Origin: Chiloscyllium plagiosum
Taxonomy: Eukaryota
Length of the DNA: 26,817 bases
NCBI RefSeq assembly: GCF_004010195.1
Contig: NC_057752.1
Coordinates: 1,443,902-1,470,718 of the forward strand
Reading direction: 5' to 3'
Each line of letters starts with the position of its first letter. Position 1 is the first letter of the stretch. The translations under genes and the position numbers were made by a program. The notes under the pieces are model-generated. The model saw only the letters and a program-made list of their open reading frames with translations, did no database searches and was not told the origin of the DNA. This document shows positions 1-10,370 of the stretch, piece by piece.

Positions 1-500
1 AAGGAAAAGGAATGACTTCCACATTAGGAGGAATTTGTTTTGCTTGCCTCCCTCATGCTGACGTAGGGTCCTCAGTTTAGTTTACAATTCCACAGGCAGC
101 AAATGCTACCTGGTACCCTTCCCATGTGGCCCTGCCAGGGTATGGTCACATACCATCTCAAAGAATTTTTAAAAATCTGGCAGGTTGTCAGACCATGGGA
201 ATGGGCGAGGAAGGGATAAAAACAGAAAACAAAGCCAAGCTCAATTCTATCCTCTCACAAAATTCATGATCATGCGTGCACTTTCCAGGGGATGATAAAA
301 TATAGGACTGGAGAGGACATACCCCTGCCAGGTGCATTTTTGGCAGGGGGAAAGGGCACACACAAAATAAAAATAGGTACGTAGCTCACCACATCCTCAC
401 CCATCACCATAACATGGAGGGTGGGCACTTGCCAAAAATCAGTAACCTGGCCACCAGAGATTTTCAAAATTAACCAGTTTGGACTTGTTCTGACACACCT

Positions 501-1057
501 AGAACATAGAATCCCTCCAGTGTAGAAGCAGATTATTCAGCCAGTCAAGTCCACACTGACCCTCCGAAGAGTATCCCATCCACAACCCACCCCCAACCCC
601 ACCCCACCCTGAAACCCTGCATTTCCCATGGCTAGGAGGAGAAAGTGAGGACTGCAGATGCTGGAGATCAGAGCTGAAAATGTGTTGCTGGAAAAGCGCA
701 GCAGGTCAGGCAGCATCCAAGGAACAGGAGAATCGACGTTTCGGGCATAATTCCTGAAGAAGGGCTTATCCCCAAAACGTCGATTCTCCTGTTCCTTGGA
801 TGCTGCCTGACTTGCTGCCCATTTCCCATGGCTAATCTACCTAGCCTGCACATTCCTGGACACCACGGAGCAATTTAGCATGGCCAATCCACCATAACCT
901 ACGCATCTTTGGACAGTGGGAGGAAACCAGAGCACACGGAGGAAACCCACGCAGACACAGGAAGAACGTGCAATCTTCGCACAGACACTCGGCAGAGAGT
1001 GGAATCAAACCGAGGTCCCTGGCGCTGGGAGGCAGCAGTGCTGACCACTGAGCCACT
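501..1057 (-). mobile_element. HE1-like tRNA-derived V-SINE, interrupted by a PLE-derived insertion at 635-819
   Basis: Reverse complement has the tRNA-like head TGGCTCAGTGGTCAGCACTGCTGCCTC, the V-domain core (GTGTCTGCGTGGGTTTCCTCCG) and a CR1-like tail. It is homologous to 1629-1955. Confidence 0.88.
635..819. mobile_element. Non-autonomous Penelope-like fold-back element with a mutated hammerhead motif
   Basis: 15-bp TSD CATTTCCCATGGCTA (620-634 and 820-834). 53-bp inverted repeat 698-750/766-818 with 3 mismatches. CTGAAGA-A-GGGC-TTAT-CCCC-AAAACGTC at 754-781. Confidence 0.85.
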
Positions 1058-1061
1058 TTGT

Positions 1062-1133
1062 TACCTCGGTGACAGGTGGGACTTGAACTCAGAACTTCTA
1101 GCCCAGAGGCAGTACCACTACATCACAAGACCC
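1062..1133 (-). mobile_element. Short tRNA-like SINE fragment
   Basis: Reverse complement GGGTCTTGTGATGTAGTGGTA...GAGTTCAAGTCCCAC has A/B-box-like motifs and resembles 8661-8770 and 26037-26146. Confidence 0.55.
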
Positions 1134-1628
1134 CTTTGCCCACCCTCCATACAGAACGGAATTAAGCATCAATCGAGCTTGACCAAATCTTTGTTGACCC
1201 GAATATTAACCTGCCCCACCATAATATGATTGGCATTTCAAATGGCAGGGAAGAGGATTGGAGCCTGCTGTCGGCGGGGATTCTTCTGTGAATCAGAAGA
1301 ACTCAGCCATGCCCACCCCCAAGTTGGCCAAACCCTCCTTTACTTCCCTGGGTCTTGCATTCATTGTGATCTTCACCTTGGGACTGTCTGGAAACATTCC
1401 CCCTGCTCCCATCTCCTTTTTCTCACCTTTCAACAAAGACCTTTTGATCTGATTGGACCACCACATTTTAACTTTTCATTAATGAGGGGGCATGAGTTTC
1501 CCACTCACCACTGATTTAATCTCAAACATCTGACTGAATCACAACTTCTCCAAATTAAAGGAGCATGCAGGGCAAGCAAATGTAAGGAAAGGAGATTCTC
1601 CCAACTAAATGCTGTGACCCTAAAGTTA

Positions 1629-1955
1629 TGGGCGGCACGGTGGCACAGTGGTTAGCACTGCTGCCTCACAGCGCCTGAGACCCGGGTTCAATTCCCGCCT
1701 CAGGCGACTGACTGTGTGGAGTTTGCACGTTCTCCCCGTGTCTGCGTGGGTTTCCTCCGGGTGCTCCGGTTTCCTCCCACAGTCCAAAAGATGTGCAGGG
1801 TCAGGTGAATTGGCCATGCTAAATTGCCCGTAGTGTTAGGTAAGGGGTAAATGTAGGGGTATGGGGTGGGTTTCGCTTCGGCAGGTCGGTGTGGACTTGT
1901 TGGGCCGAAGGGCCTGTTTCCACACTGTAATGTAATGTAATCTAATCTAATCTAA
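1629..1955 (+). mobile_element. Full-length, young HE1-like V-SINE
   Basis: A box (TGGCACAGTGG), B box (GGTTCAATTCC), V-domain, and (TGTAA)n(TCTAA)n tail. Probable TSD CTAAAGTT at 1620-1627 and 1952-1959. Many CpGs are retained. Confidence 0.93.
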
Positions 1956-2192
1956 AGTTCTGCTGAAATGCTGATTATTTAATCCCTTAAACGCAACGTG
2001 GAATTTCAGCTCCAGCCTGGATTAAGTCACCCCATCCAGCACCTTTCCTATTTTGGGTGGCTCCATTAAATTCTGTCCAACATGTGGAATTAAAACCCAG
2101 AATAAATCAGAAAAGGGTGGTAAATATATTCATATCTAAACAATACTACACCAGAACATTCACAGATGCTTCAGCATGAAATAAATGATCTA

Positions 2193-2994
2193 GCTCCCTG
2201 AAAGTGGCAACACAAACAGATAAGGTGGTAAAGGCAGCTTATGCCTTGCTTGCCTTCATTGGTTGGGACACTGAGTGTAAAAGTTAGCAAGTTATGTTGC
2301 AGCTGTATCAGACTTTAGTCAGACTACATTCGGAGTATTGCGTTCAGTTTTGGTTACCAAACTATAGGAAGGACATGGGGGGCTTTGGAGAGGGTGCAAA
2401 GAAGTTTATGAGGATGTTGCCCAGATTGGAGATTGGACAAACTCTGACTGTTACCATTACAGCATCAGAAATGGTCCTCAGGGGTGACCTGATAGAAGTA
2501 TATAAAATTATGAGAGGCATGCATAGGGTGGATAGTTGGAATCTTTTTCCCAGGGTAGAAATATCAAATTCCTGAACGATGGATTCCTGAAGAATGGCTC
2601 ATGCCCAAAACGTCAATTCTCCTGCTCTTTGGATGCTGCCTGACCTGCTGCGCTTTTCCAGCAACACATTTTCAGCTCTGATCTCCAGCATCTGCAGTCC
2701 TCACTTTCTCCTAGAAATATCAAATACTCGGGAGCTTAGGTTTAAGGGGAGAGGGAAAAGTCTAAAGGAGATGAGCAAAGCAAGTTTGTTTTTTCCGAGT
2801 TTGGCAGGTGCCTGGAACATGCTGCCAGGGGAGATGGTAGAAGCAGATACAATACAGACACATGAACAGGTAGGGAATAGAGAGAGACATAGGCCGTGTG
2901 CAGGCAGATGGGATTAATTTAGAATGGCATCACGGTTGGCACAGACATGGTGGGCCGAAAGGCCTATTCTTGTGCTGTACTGGTCCATGTTCTA
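2193..2994 (+). mobile_element. CR1/HER1-type LINE, 5'-truncated 3' fragment (degenerate ORF2 C-terminus and tail)
   Basis: Translation LQLYQTLVRLHSEYCVQFW...LRGDLIEVYKIMRG is typical of the CR1 ORF2 end. Tail GGGCCGAAAGGCCTATTCTTGTGCTGTA. Interrupted at 2570-2711. Confidence 0.9.
2570..2711 (+). mobile_element. PLE-derived short element with a mutated hammerhead (same family as 635-819)
   Basis: 14-bp TSD TAGAAATATCAAAT (2556-2569 and 2712-2725). CTGAAGA-A-TGGC-TCAT-GCCC-AAAACGTC from 2587. The 3' part is the reverse complement of the left arm of 635-819. Confidence 0.85.
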
Positions 2995-3670
2995 TAAGGA
3001 AGTTCTTACCCAAAAAGCCAACTGACTGCACTCCATCCTCAAAAAAAAAGAGGTAGGCAGTCACGTTGCAAAATTCAATCTTTTTACAAAAGTATGTCAA
3101 CACTGTACATGAAAGTGAATGCAAATTGTAAACAGAATGCTTCATGTGAAGGGTCTCTACTTGAAACATTAACCTGCTTTATCTTTTCAAACTTGTTTCA
3201 AATTCAAGAATTGCCTTTCATAGATATTTATGGATTTGTGAAACTACCTTGAGCGGTATAGATTGCTTCATCCACAAAATACTCAATTTTATCATTTTCT
3301 TTCAGTCATAACAGAAGATTAAATTTCACAGAACTTAAGGCTAAAGATTCAAAGTTCATGTATTAAACAAGAAGACTGGCAACATTTACCTATGTTAAAC
3401 TGCTACTTTCACATATTGTAATTATTGTAAAGGAGTTGAGTGAGCCCTTCCATTCAATGTACCAGGCATGACTCAGCTACCATCAAACCTTTCTCTCTGC
3501 GATATGATAGAGGACAGAATTTTCTGATAATTACAATTCACAAACACAAAATCTTTGCTTTTCGTATATTCCTCAGTTTTTCAATGCATTCATTAGTGCT
3601 TCTTTGTCCCAACTCTTCAAAAAGACTCAAAGGCCAATATTTTTGTCATGAAATGGCAGCCTTTCCTAGA

Positions 3671-3935
3671 TCTATCAACAAACATCGCATTAGACCCCAT
3701 CTACCACCCCCTGAGAAAAAGGAACAGAAAGTGACTTCACCACAGGAAATAACATCACCAACCCAAAGAAACCCAAGTATATAAATAGAAAGCAGGAATT
3801 TTCAGCAGTGCTTCGCCTGGAGGCTACTGATGATGTTACCTAGTAGGGGGACAAAATGTCTGGAAATGAACCTTCAAGCTCAGCAAGCAAACCTACATCC
3901 AAAACCTCAACCGACAAATCTTCTCAAAGCTCGCT
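3671..3935 (+). mobile_element. 3' end of a Penelope-like retroelement (ORF C-terminus plus pseudo-LTR with decayed hammerhead)
   Basis: SINKH(frameshift)LDPIYHPLRKRNRK* at 3671-3734 resembles, from recall, PLE ORF C-termini after the GIY-YIG domain. CTGATGA-T-GTTACC...GGGGAC-AAAATGTC at 3827-3860. Downstream sequence is homologous to 21835-21867. Confidence 0.72.
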
Positions 3936-4440
3936 CAGCTTAAGGGCTTTTGGCTGGATAGAATTTGCTTCAGTTCAGAGATTGAGTTAGCAGTCTGTGG
4001 GCATCTCCAGTTTTGGTACAGCTTTAACAGTGCTGCTAAAGATAAACTGGCTTATGACAGCTTCCCTAGGAGGGGGCCTTCCAACAGCACGAACTCATAA
4101 CTGAATAATTATGAATAGAGTAGCTAATCCACAACAACAACCATCCAACAAAAAGAATCAGATGTTTATATGTCCCAATCAGTCTGTAACAAGTGGCCCC
4201 TTATAATAGAGAGAAATCTAATTTAGGGTTCATATTTTATATTGTTAATGAATGTTATATCTGGAACTGAAGCGGTTGAAAAGACAACCTATTGCATGGA
4301 CATTGAAGAACCATCGGTAAGTAAAGGAACGCAAATGCTAATTATATCTCAACAGAAGAGCAAAAGGACAATTCTTAGCCCCCTTGCAAAAAAGAAGTTC
4401 GAATCTAACCATTACTCTCAAAACTTACACATGAGTAAAG

Positions 4441-4640
4441 AGCTGAAGCAAACAAAAACAGAAGTACTGGAGAACCAGAATTAAGGTTTCAAGGCCAGTG
4501 CCATTTCGAAGGGTCACTGGGCTCGAAATGTTCATTCTGTTTCTCTCTCCACAGATACTGCCAGGCCTGCTGAGTTCCTCCAGTACTTTCTGGTTTTGCT
4601 TACTTCAGATCTTCAGTGTCGGCAGTTCTGTTTTCGAGAA
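4441..4640. mobile_element. Old PLE-derived fold-back element with a hammerhead remnant
   Basis: Imperfect inverted repeats (4487-4500/4515-4528; AGTACTGGAG/CTCCAGTACT). GAAGGGTCACTGGGCTCGAAATGTT remnant lacks CTGA. Shares the GAT.CTGCC..CCTGCTG motif with other copies. Possible TSD GAGTAAAG. Confidence 0.6.
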
Positions 4641-7334
4641 GAGTAAAGGTCTTTTGGGTCAGCCTCAACCCACCAAATCCAAGTATCCCAGTACCAAAGA
4701 CAAGACACTTTATAAAGCATTTAAACGGCTCAACATTAGTTCTTGCTGATACTCTCCTGACTGTGCACAAACTAAAGGACTTTTTGGCAAGACAAGATGT
4801 TTGATTTTCTGAGAGGCACCATCTTGCTTTTAAAAGATGTGAAAAAAATAACATTGAATTAAACGTTTTAATATAAATTTTGGTGGACAGACTTTTTAAC
4901 GCTTGAAAACATGACTGCTTCTCCCACTTCACAATTGTCACACGAGATGGATGAGATAGACGACGTCGCTCAGTGCTGACTGACAGGAAACAGCTTGTGT
5001 GGTTGAGGCAAGGCTCCATCCCAGCCCAACCCCCATCTCCTGCCGATTGTTGCTGTGAAAGATAAAGAATACTCAAAGAATCACGAGGCTCGCCACAAAG
5101 AACGATTGAATTGGTTCAATCAAGAGTGCAATTAAGGGTGAAACCCAGTTGGAACAATTGCTTGAAGAAACAAACAATATCATATCCTGGGCCTTGATAT
5201 TCTAAAACAAGTAGGAGGCAGTGGCAGATGGCTCATTTTCTGATCAGCAATAATGTAGACGTTTCTCATACCAGATGCTGCCAAGAGGTAGGGGCACGTT
5301 TTACTGCTGGAAATAAGATTTTTGTGGTCATAAGCATTCATTACTGGCTGCAAATGCCTCCACACGTCACACTTCTCACATGGGGAAAATCATACTGGTT
5401 ACAAAACTTCCATCAAGAGACAATTGTAATGCATGAAGGGGTTTCTAGCCGAGATTGAATACTGGGTGCTAAGTCATACGAATCAGTAACCGAGTTAGAC
5501 AGCAAACTGAACGATTGTAACAAACTGGAGTACCTCCCCCCTCCTCCCAACACAACTGTGTCTGTAATAAGCTGCATTATTTTACAAGTAAGTATTTGAT
5601 ATTTTAATGGTGACTCAAGCCCTGGGTCTTCACTTTTGCAAACTTATAATGAGGAGAAAGGGCAGGGGTGCAGCATATTGTAAATTGGTAATTTTTTTCA
5701 TATGTATCTCATAAAAGTTTGATCCAAACATTTAAATTTTTTGGCAAACTACTTGTGCATTTATTTGGATTCTGTATTACAACAGTTTGTGCAGTTTACC
5801 CATCACAGTGGGTATTTTACTTTGCAAGAGTCTGCTTATTAAAAGGATCTTTTGTTCAGTCAATTTTAAAAACTAAAAGAAAATATGGCTTGTTCTAAGT
5901 ATCATACAAGCTTTGATTTTGACCTTAATTTTGCAATTTAACAGGCTCCCTTTTGTATTCTGCAGAACAACAACGTCAATACTAGCTTTTTCTTAGCCGC
6001 CTACATCAGGATTTTCTGAACTAGCAAAGCTTATTTCACATCTCCAGTTTAGAAACGCTGTATTTTGGGTGCATTCCGATTGCCATCACTAGCTAGAGCA
6101 TTGTTTTCAAAGAGCAGTCCTGCGCTAAAACTGCAACCAAAAACAATTGGGAATGGGCATGACTGGCCAATGTTCAATCAGCACATAAAGCAGCTGCTTT
6201 TTGAAGTGACAGTGTATGTCTACATGCAGAGAGTCAGCGGAGATTGACTCTGGAAAATAGATTTTGCTCTTGTATCTCACTATTGAAAATAGAGAGCTTT
6301 CCAGACGGTGCAATGCGTAAGGGCACCGTGTGGTATGGCACAAAAGCCATACAGGGAATGATCACAGGTGTGATTGCCATCCTCACTGAAGGAGCTGATT
6401 CCATGTTGGGATACCAGCTGAAGGTCCAAGTTGGCTCCAATTTCACTGGTGGCATGGTGTGGTGCTGCTGGTGGTGGTGGTCAGGGAGGGGAAAAGAAAT
6501 CAGTCATTGTTCGACAATGTCTGGCCATTATCCAAATAAGCTTAATGAGAAATGCACGTGGTGCCAATTGGTCACAGTACACAGAATTTACAGACCAACT
6601 GCCGAGGTCTAGGGCAGGGTTTAACCTTTCACACAAACTTCTGACCAGCCTACTCCTTCACTCAAGGCAATCTGAAAATTGTGATCAGCCATGATACCCT
6701 TCACAGTTTCACAGCCTGCACACACACAGTTCCATTTTACATCCTGGGTGGGAATGCAGCCCAATGGGTGTCCAGATGATTTTAATCCAAGAGCCTCGCA
6801 AACATACCACTGGCATCCCGATCAAGATGACCTGGGCGTCAGTGGGAAATAGTGCAATTGGTCAGGAAGACTTTGCAAGGAACTGGCCCTGGCCCTCGGG
6901 CAAGTGATCAGGAGTTGGGGCTGGGGTGCTATGACATCGATAGCAGTTGGTCGGGGTAGGGAGTTATCCTGTTCAAGATCCACACAAACTATTTAAGAAA
7001 ACATTTTTACACTTCTCTTTCTCATCTCTGCTGGCCCTGGACTAAGTTCCCAATGGTTTCAATCTGGTGGGGAAGCCAGTACCACTCCATTGCTGAGGTA
7101 TTGCAGTCAGTATATGACACAGAGTCTGACTGACACATTTAAATAGTGTGGTTTCAAATGGGCCTCTTTGGCATTTGCAATGTACAATTACAGTCGACAA
7201 GACTGGGGACAGTGGTAAGTCCTATTTTAACAGATGTCAGCCTGGCAGAAACCAGGGTGGGGAAGTTCAAATTTCATCCCAATCTGTTAGGACGGATGAA
7301 AACAAAAAAATAATTATTAACCTATTTTTCTGAT

Positions 7335-7408
7335 CAGAGAAGTTATTACACACCTCTGGAGCTGATGGGACTTGAACCCAGGGACACTACCACTGCACCA
7401 CAAAAGGG
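7335..7408 (-). mobile_element. Short tRNA-like SINE, internally deleted
   Basis: Reverse complement TGGTGCAGTGGTAGTGTCCCTGGGTTCAAGTCCC contains A- and B-box-like motifs. Confidence 0.6.
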
Positions 7409-7486
7409 CACAGATAAAGACATGCAATTGGAGTTAACTACTGGCATGGACCGGTCATTTACAGATCTGTGCCATAAGTTCAGATA

Positions 7487-7628
7487 GCAGTGATAGTGTC
7501 CCTGGGTTCAAGCCCCACCTGACATCTCTGAACAGGTTAGTTCGAAATAGGAGAGTCAGGTCCAGGTTCAAGCCCCACTTGTGCTAGATGTGTGTCATAA
7601 CGTGCCTGAATAGGCTGATCAAAATAAT
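7487..7628 (+). mobile_element. Two tandem partial copies of the short tRNA-like SINE
   Basis: GGTTCAAGCCCCAC occurs twice (about 7505 and 7565), each followed by CTGAA.AGG.T...AAATA as in 8661-8770. Confidence 0.55.
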
Positions 7629-7834
7629 CATAAGTTAGGAAGAGCAAAACATTGAGTGGGCATTTGGGGTCTGGTGGCTGGAAAATCAGCTCCAGCTATG
7701 GAGAATTAACCAGAGAAAAGAATAAAGACCACCCTTAATATAAAAGGGAAGCCACTCAGGGGTGTATAGCAAAGATCTACAAAACATTAGATTAAACACA
7801 GCAAGAAACTGCAGGGTGAAACTTCAGGAAGCAA

Positions 7835-8504
7835 GGAGGTGGAGCTGTGTGCAGTGGAGATGGTCGAGAGTATCAAGTTCCTGGGAGTGACAATCACCAA
7901 CAATCTGTCCTGGTCTACTCACGTTGATGCTACGTCCAAGACAACACAACAATGCTTCTTCTTCCTTAGGAGGCTAAGGAAATTCGACACGTCCGAAAGG
8001 ACTCTCACCAAGTTTTACAAATGCACCATAAAAAGCATCCTATCTGAATGCATAACAGCTTGGTATGGCAACTGCTCTGCCCAGGACCATGAGAAATTAC
8101 AGAGTTGTGAACACAGCGCAGTCCATCACGCAAGCTAACCTTCCACTCATTGGCTCCATCCACACTTCCCACTGCCTCAGGAAGGCAGCCAACATCAAAC
8201 CCTTCCCACCCGGGTTACAACTTTTCCAACCTCTTCCGTCAGGCAGAAGATATAAAAGCTTAAACACACACACTAACAGGTTTAAGAACAGCTTTTTCCT
8301 TGCTGTTATTAGATTACTGAATGGACCTCTCTAATTTCAAATCTAATTTTGATGTTGCTTTTGTACGCCACCTTTGTCGCCGTATATTCCTCGCTCTGTT
8401 CGATCACTCTATGATCTTCGTAGGTTATGGTCTACCTGTACTAAATGCAAACCAAAACTTTTCACTCTACGGAAGTACATGTGACAGCAATAAATCAAAT
8501 CAAT
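7835..8504 (+). mobile_element. Rex1/Babar-like (CR1/L2 group) LINE 3' fragment
   Basis: VESIKFLGVTITNNLSWS...FFLRRLRKF...ITAWYGNCS and FQPLPSGRRYKSL...TNRFKNSFF..VIRLLN are post-RT motifs of this group. Ends in AATAAATCAAATCAA. Confidence 0.85.
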
Positions 8505-8660
8505 AAGGAGTGGAGTTGAAGAAGTGCATTGCTGAAAAATGTGGATCCCGGCCAGATGCCTCGTTTTCCTACTCATTAAACACAGGGTACTAACTGGCCC
8601 ATGACTGGTTGGTAAGTGGAATGTTTCAGTTCTGACAGGACCCAACTGTTTGTCTCGAAA

Positions 8661-8770
8661 GGTCTTGTGACACACTGGTAGTGTTGCCACCTCTGAGACT
8701 GAAGGTTCAGGTTCAAGTCCACATGCTCTGGTCATGTGCTGTAGCATGCCTGAACAGGTCAATTGAAATA
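8661..8770 (+). mobile_element. Short tRNA-like SINE
   Basis: GGTCTTGTGACACACTGGTAG...GGTTCAAGTCC; other copies at 1062, 7335, 7487 and 26037. Confidence 0.55.
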
Positions 8771-9254
8771 ACTACTTTTTTTTGAGGTAGAAATTAAAAC
8801 AAGCTGCCTCCCTCCAATGAAAGGAAAAGATTTGTAGAAGTATGCTACACCATGCTCTCTGCCCTCCATACAAGGAGGAGGGGTGGTAAGGAAAGAGTGA
8901 TCACAAACTCATTGTGACCCGTCACGTTTGCTTTTGGTAAAGGAACGTCTGCTTGTGCATTGTCCAGGGCACATTCAAACAATTCATGAATCCAGAGCCA
9001 AGTCTCTGGTCCTACCCTTAAGTGTGAAGTCTCCCACGAAACACACCCAATATACATTATAAATCACAAGAAAGTGTGTCCCTGAGTACACTTAGATTTT
9101 ATGCGTCTGTTTATATCATTGGCTTTTGAGATTAGCAGATCAAAAAACATACTTGCAACATCATTCGGAAATAGAGTTGGGATGTGTAGCCTGCCCAAAC
9201 TATTTCCAGTAGAGGTGGGCAGTATACAAATTGGGTGCTGCCACTGCATTTCAC

Positions 9255-10370
9255 CTGGTTTTGTGAAAGGGAAATTTGCATTTGAAATAATTTATTGGAG
9301 CTCTTTGAGGAGTAACAGATAAAGGGAAACTTGTGGATATGGTGTAAGTGGATTTTCAGATGACATTTGAAAGGGTGTCACATTAAAAATCACAGTGTAA
9401 AATAAGAGCCCATGGCACAGGGAGTAACATATTAAGATTAAAAGAGGGGTGGTTAGCTAACAGGAAACAGAATAGGCATAAAACCGATAATCTTTGAGCT
9501 GGCAAGAAGTGAAGTGCTACAGGGATCAATGCTGCGGCCTCAATTATTTACTCTTTATCAATGACTTAGACGAAGACATTTAAGACATGGTTGTTAAATT
9601 TTCTTCTGACAGAAAGATAGGTCGGATAGTAAATTGTGAAGACACTAAGAATACCTGAATGGGCAAGAAAATCTGGAAGATGATGCGTAACGTGGGAAAA
9701 TGTCAATTTGTCCACTAGCAAAAAGAATGAAAAAGCTGTACATTACTCAACAGTTGAGATGCAGGTACAACAGGTGATTAGAAAGGTACATGGAATATTG
9801 GTTTTAGTGCAAGGGGAATGGAATCTAAAAGTAAGGAAGTTTTGTTTCAGTTGTATGGGACATTGGTGAGACCAGATCTGGAGTAACGTGTACAGTTTTG
9901 GTTTCCTAATTTAAAAAGAGGGTATAATTGCATTAGAAGCAATTCAGAGAAAGTTTGCTCAACTGTTTTCTGGAAAGAAGGGGTATTCTTTTGAGGAAAC
10001 AGTGGACCCATAATCATTGCAGTCTCAAGACTGAGAGGTGATGTCATTGAACCTTACAAGAGTGAGGGGACTTGACAGAATCGATACTGACAGGAGGTTT
10101 CCTCTTGTGGGAGAGACTAGAACTAAGGATAGTTTAAAAGTGATAGGTCTCCTATTTAAGATGGCACTTAGGAGAAATCCTCTCTCTCAAAGGGATTGCA
10201 AACCTGTGGAATGCTCTGCCCCTGGGAGTAGTGAAAGCAGGGTCTTTTAATGTTTTTAAGACATAGCTTGATCGAGATGGTATCAGATCAGCCATGATGT
10301 TATCACAGAGACCAAGTGGAGCATGCTCAAGGAACCAATTGGCCAATACCTGCTCTTAACTCACATACCT
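9255..10370 (+). mobile_element. Old CR1-type LINE ORF2 (RT to 3' UTR), heavily degraded
   Basis: Remnants such as QGSMLRPQLFTLYQ, LYGTLVRPDLE.RVQFWFP and RVRGLDRIDTDRRFPLVGETRT, with many stops and frameshifts. Confidence 0.85.

Noticed and set aside
1629..1705. tRNA gene
   Set aside because: It is the tRNA-derived head of a SINE and runs directly into the V-domain.
3146..3185. Additional hammerhead remnant TGAAGGGTCTCTACTTGAAACATTAAC
   Set aside because: Resembles the 4441/18231 family but is too degraded to call (no CTGA box, poor stem II).
4600..5076. Longest ORF (158 aa, minus strand)
   Set aside because: No recognisable domain, non-ATG start, and its end lies in a repeat; likely chance.
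6378..6396. IRE-like CAGTGA loop on the minus strand
   Set aside because: The 5-bp upper stem does not pair in the IRE register.
6234..6455. Minus-strand ORF ...AITPVIIPCMAFVPY... as a terminal exon
   Set aside because: No recognised homology and no supporting upstream exons; RNA structure explains the region better.
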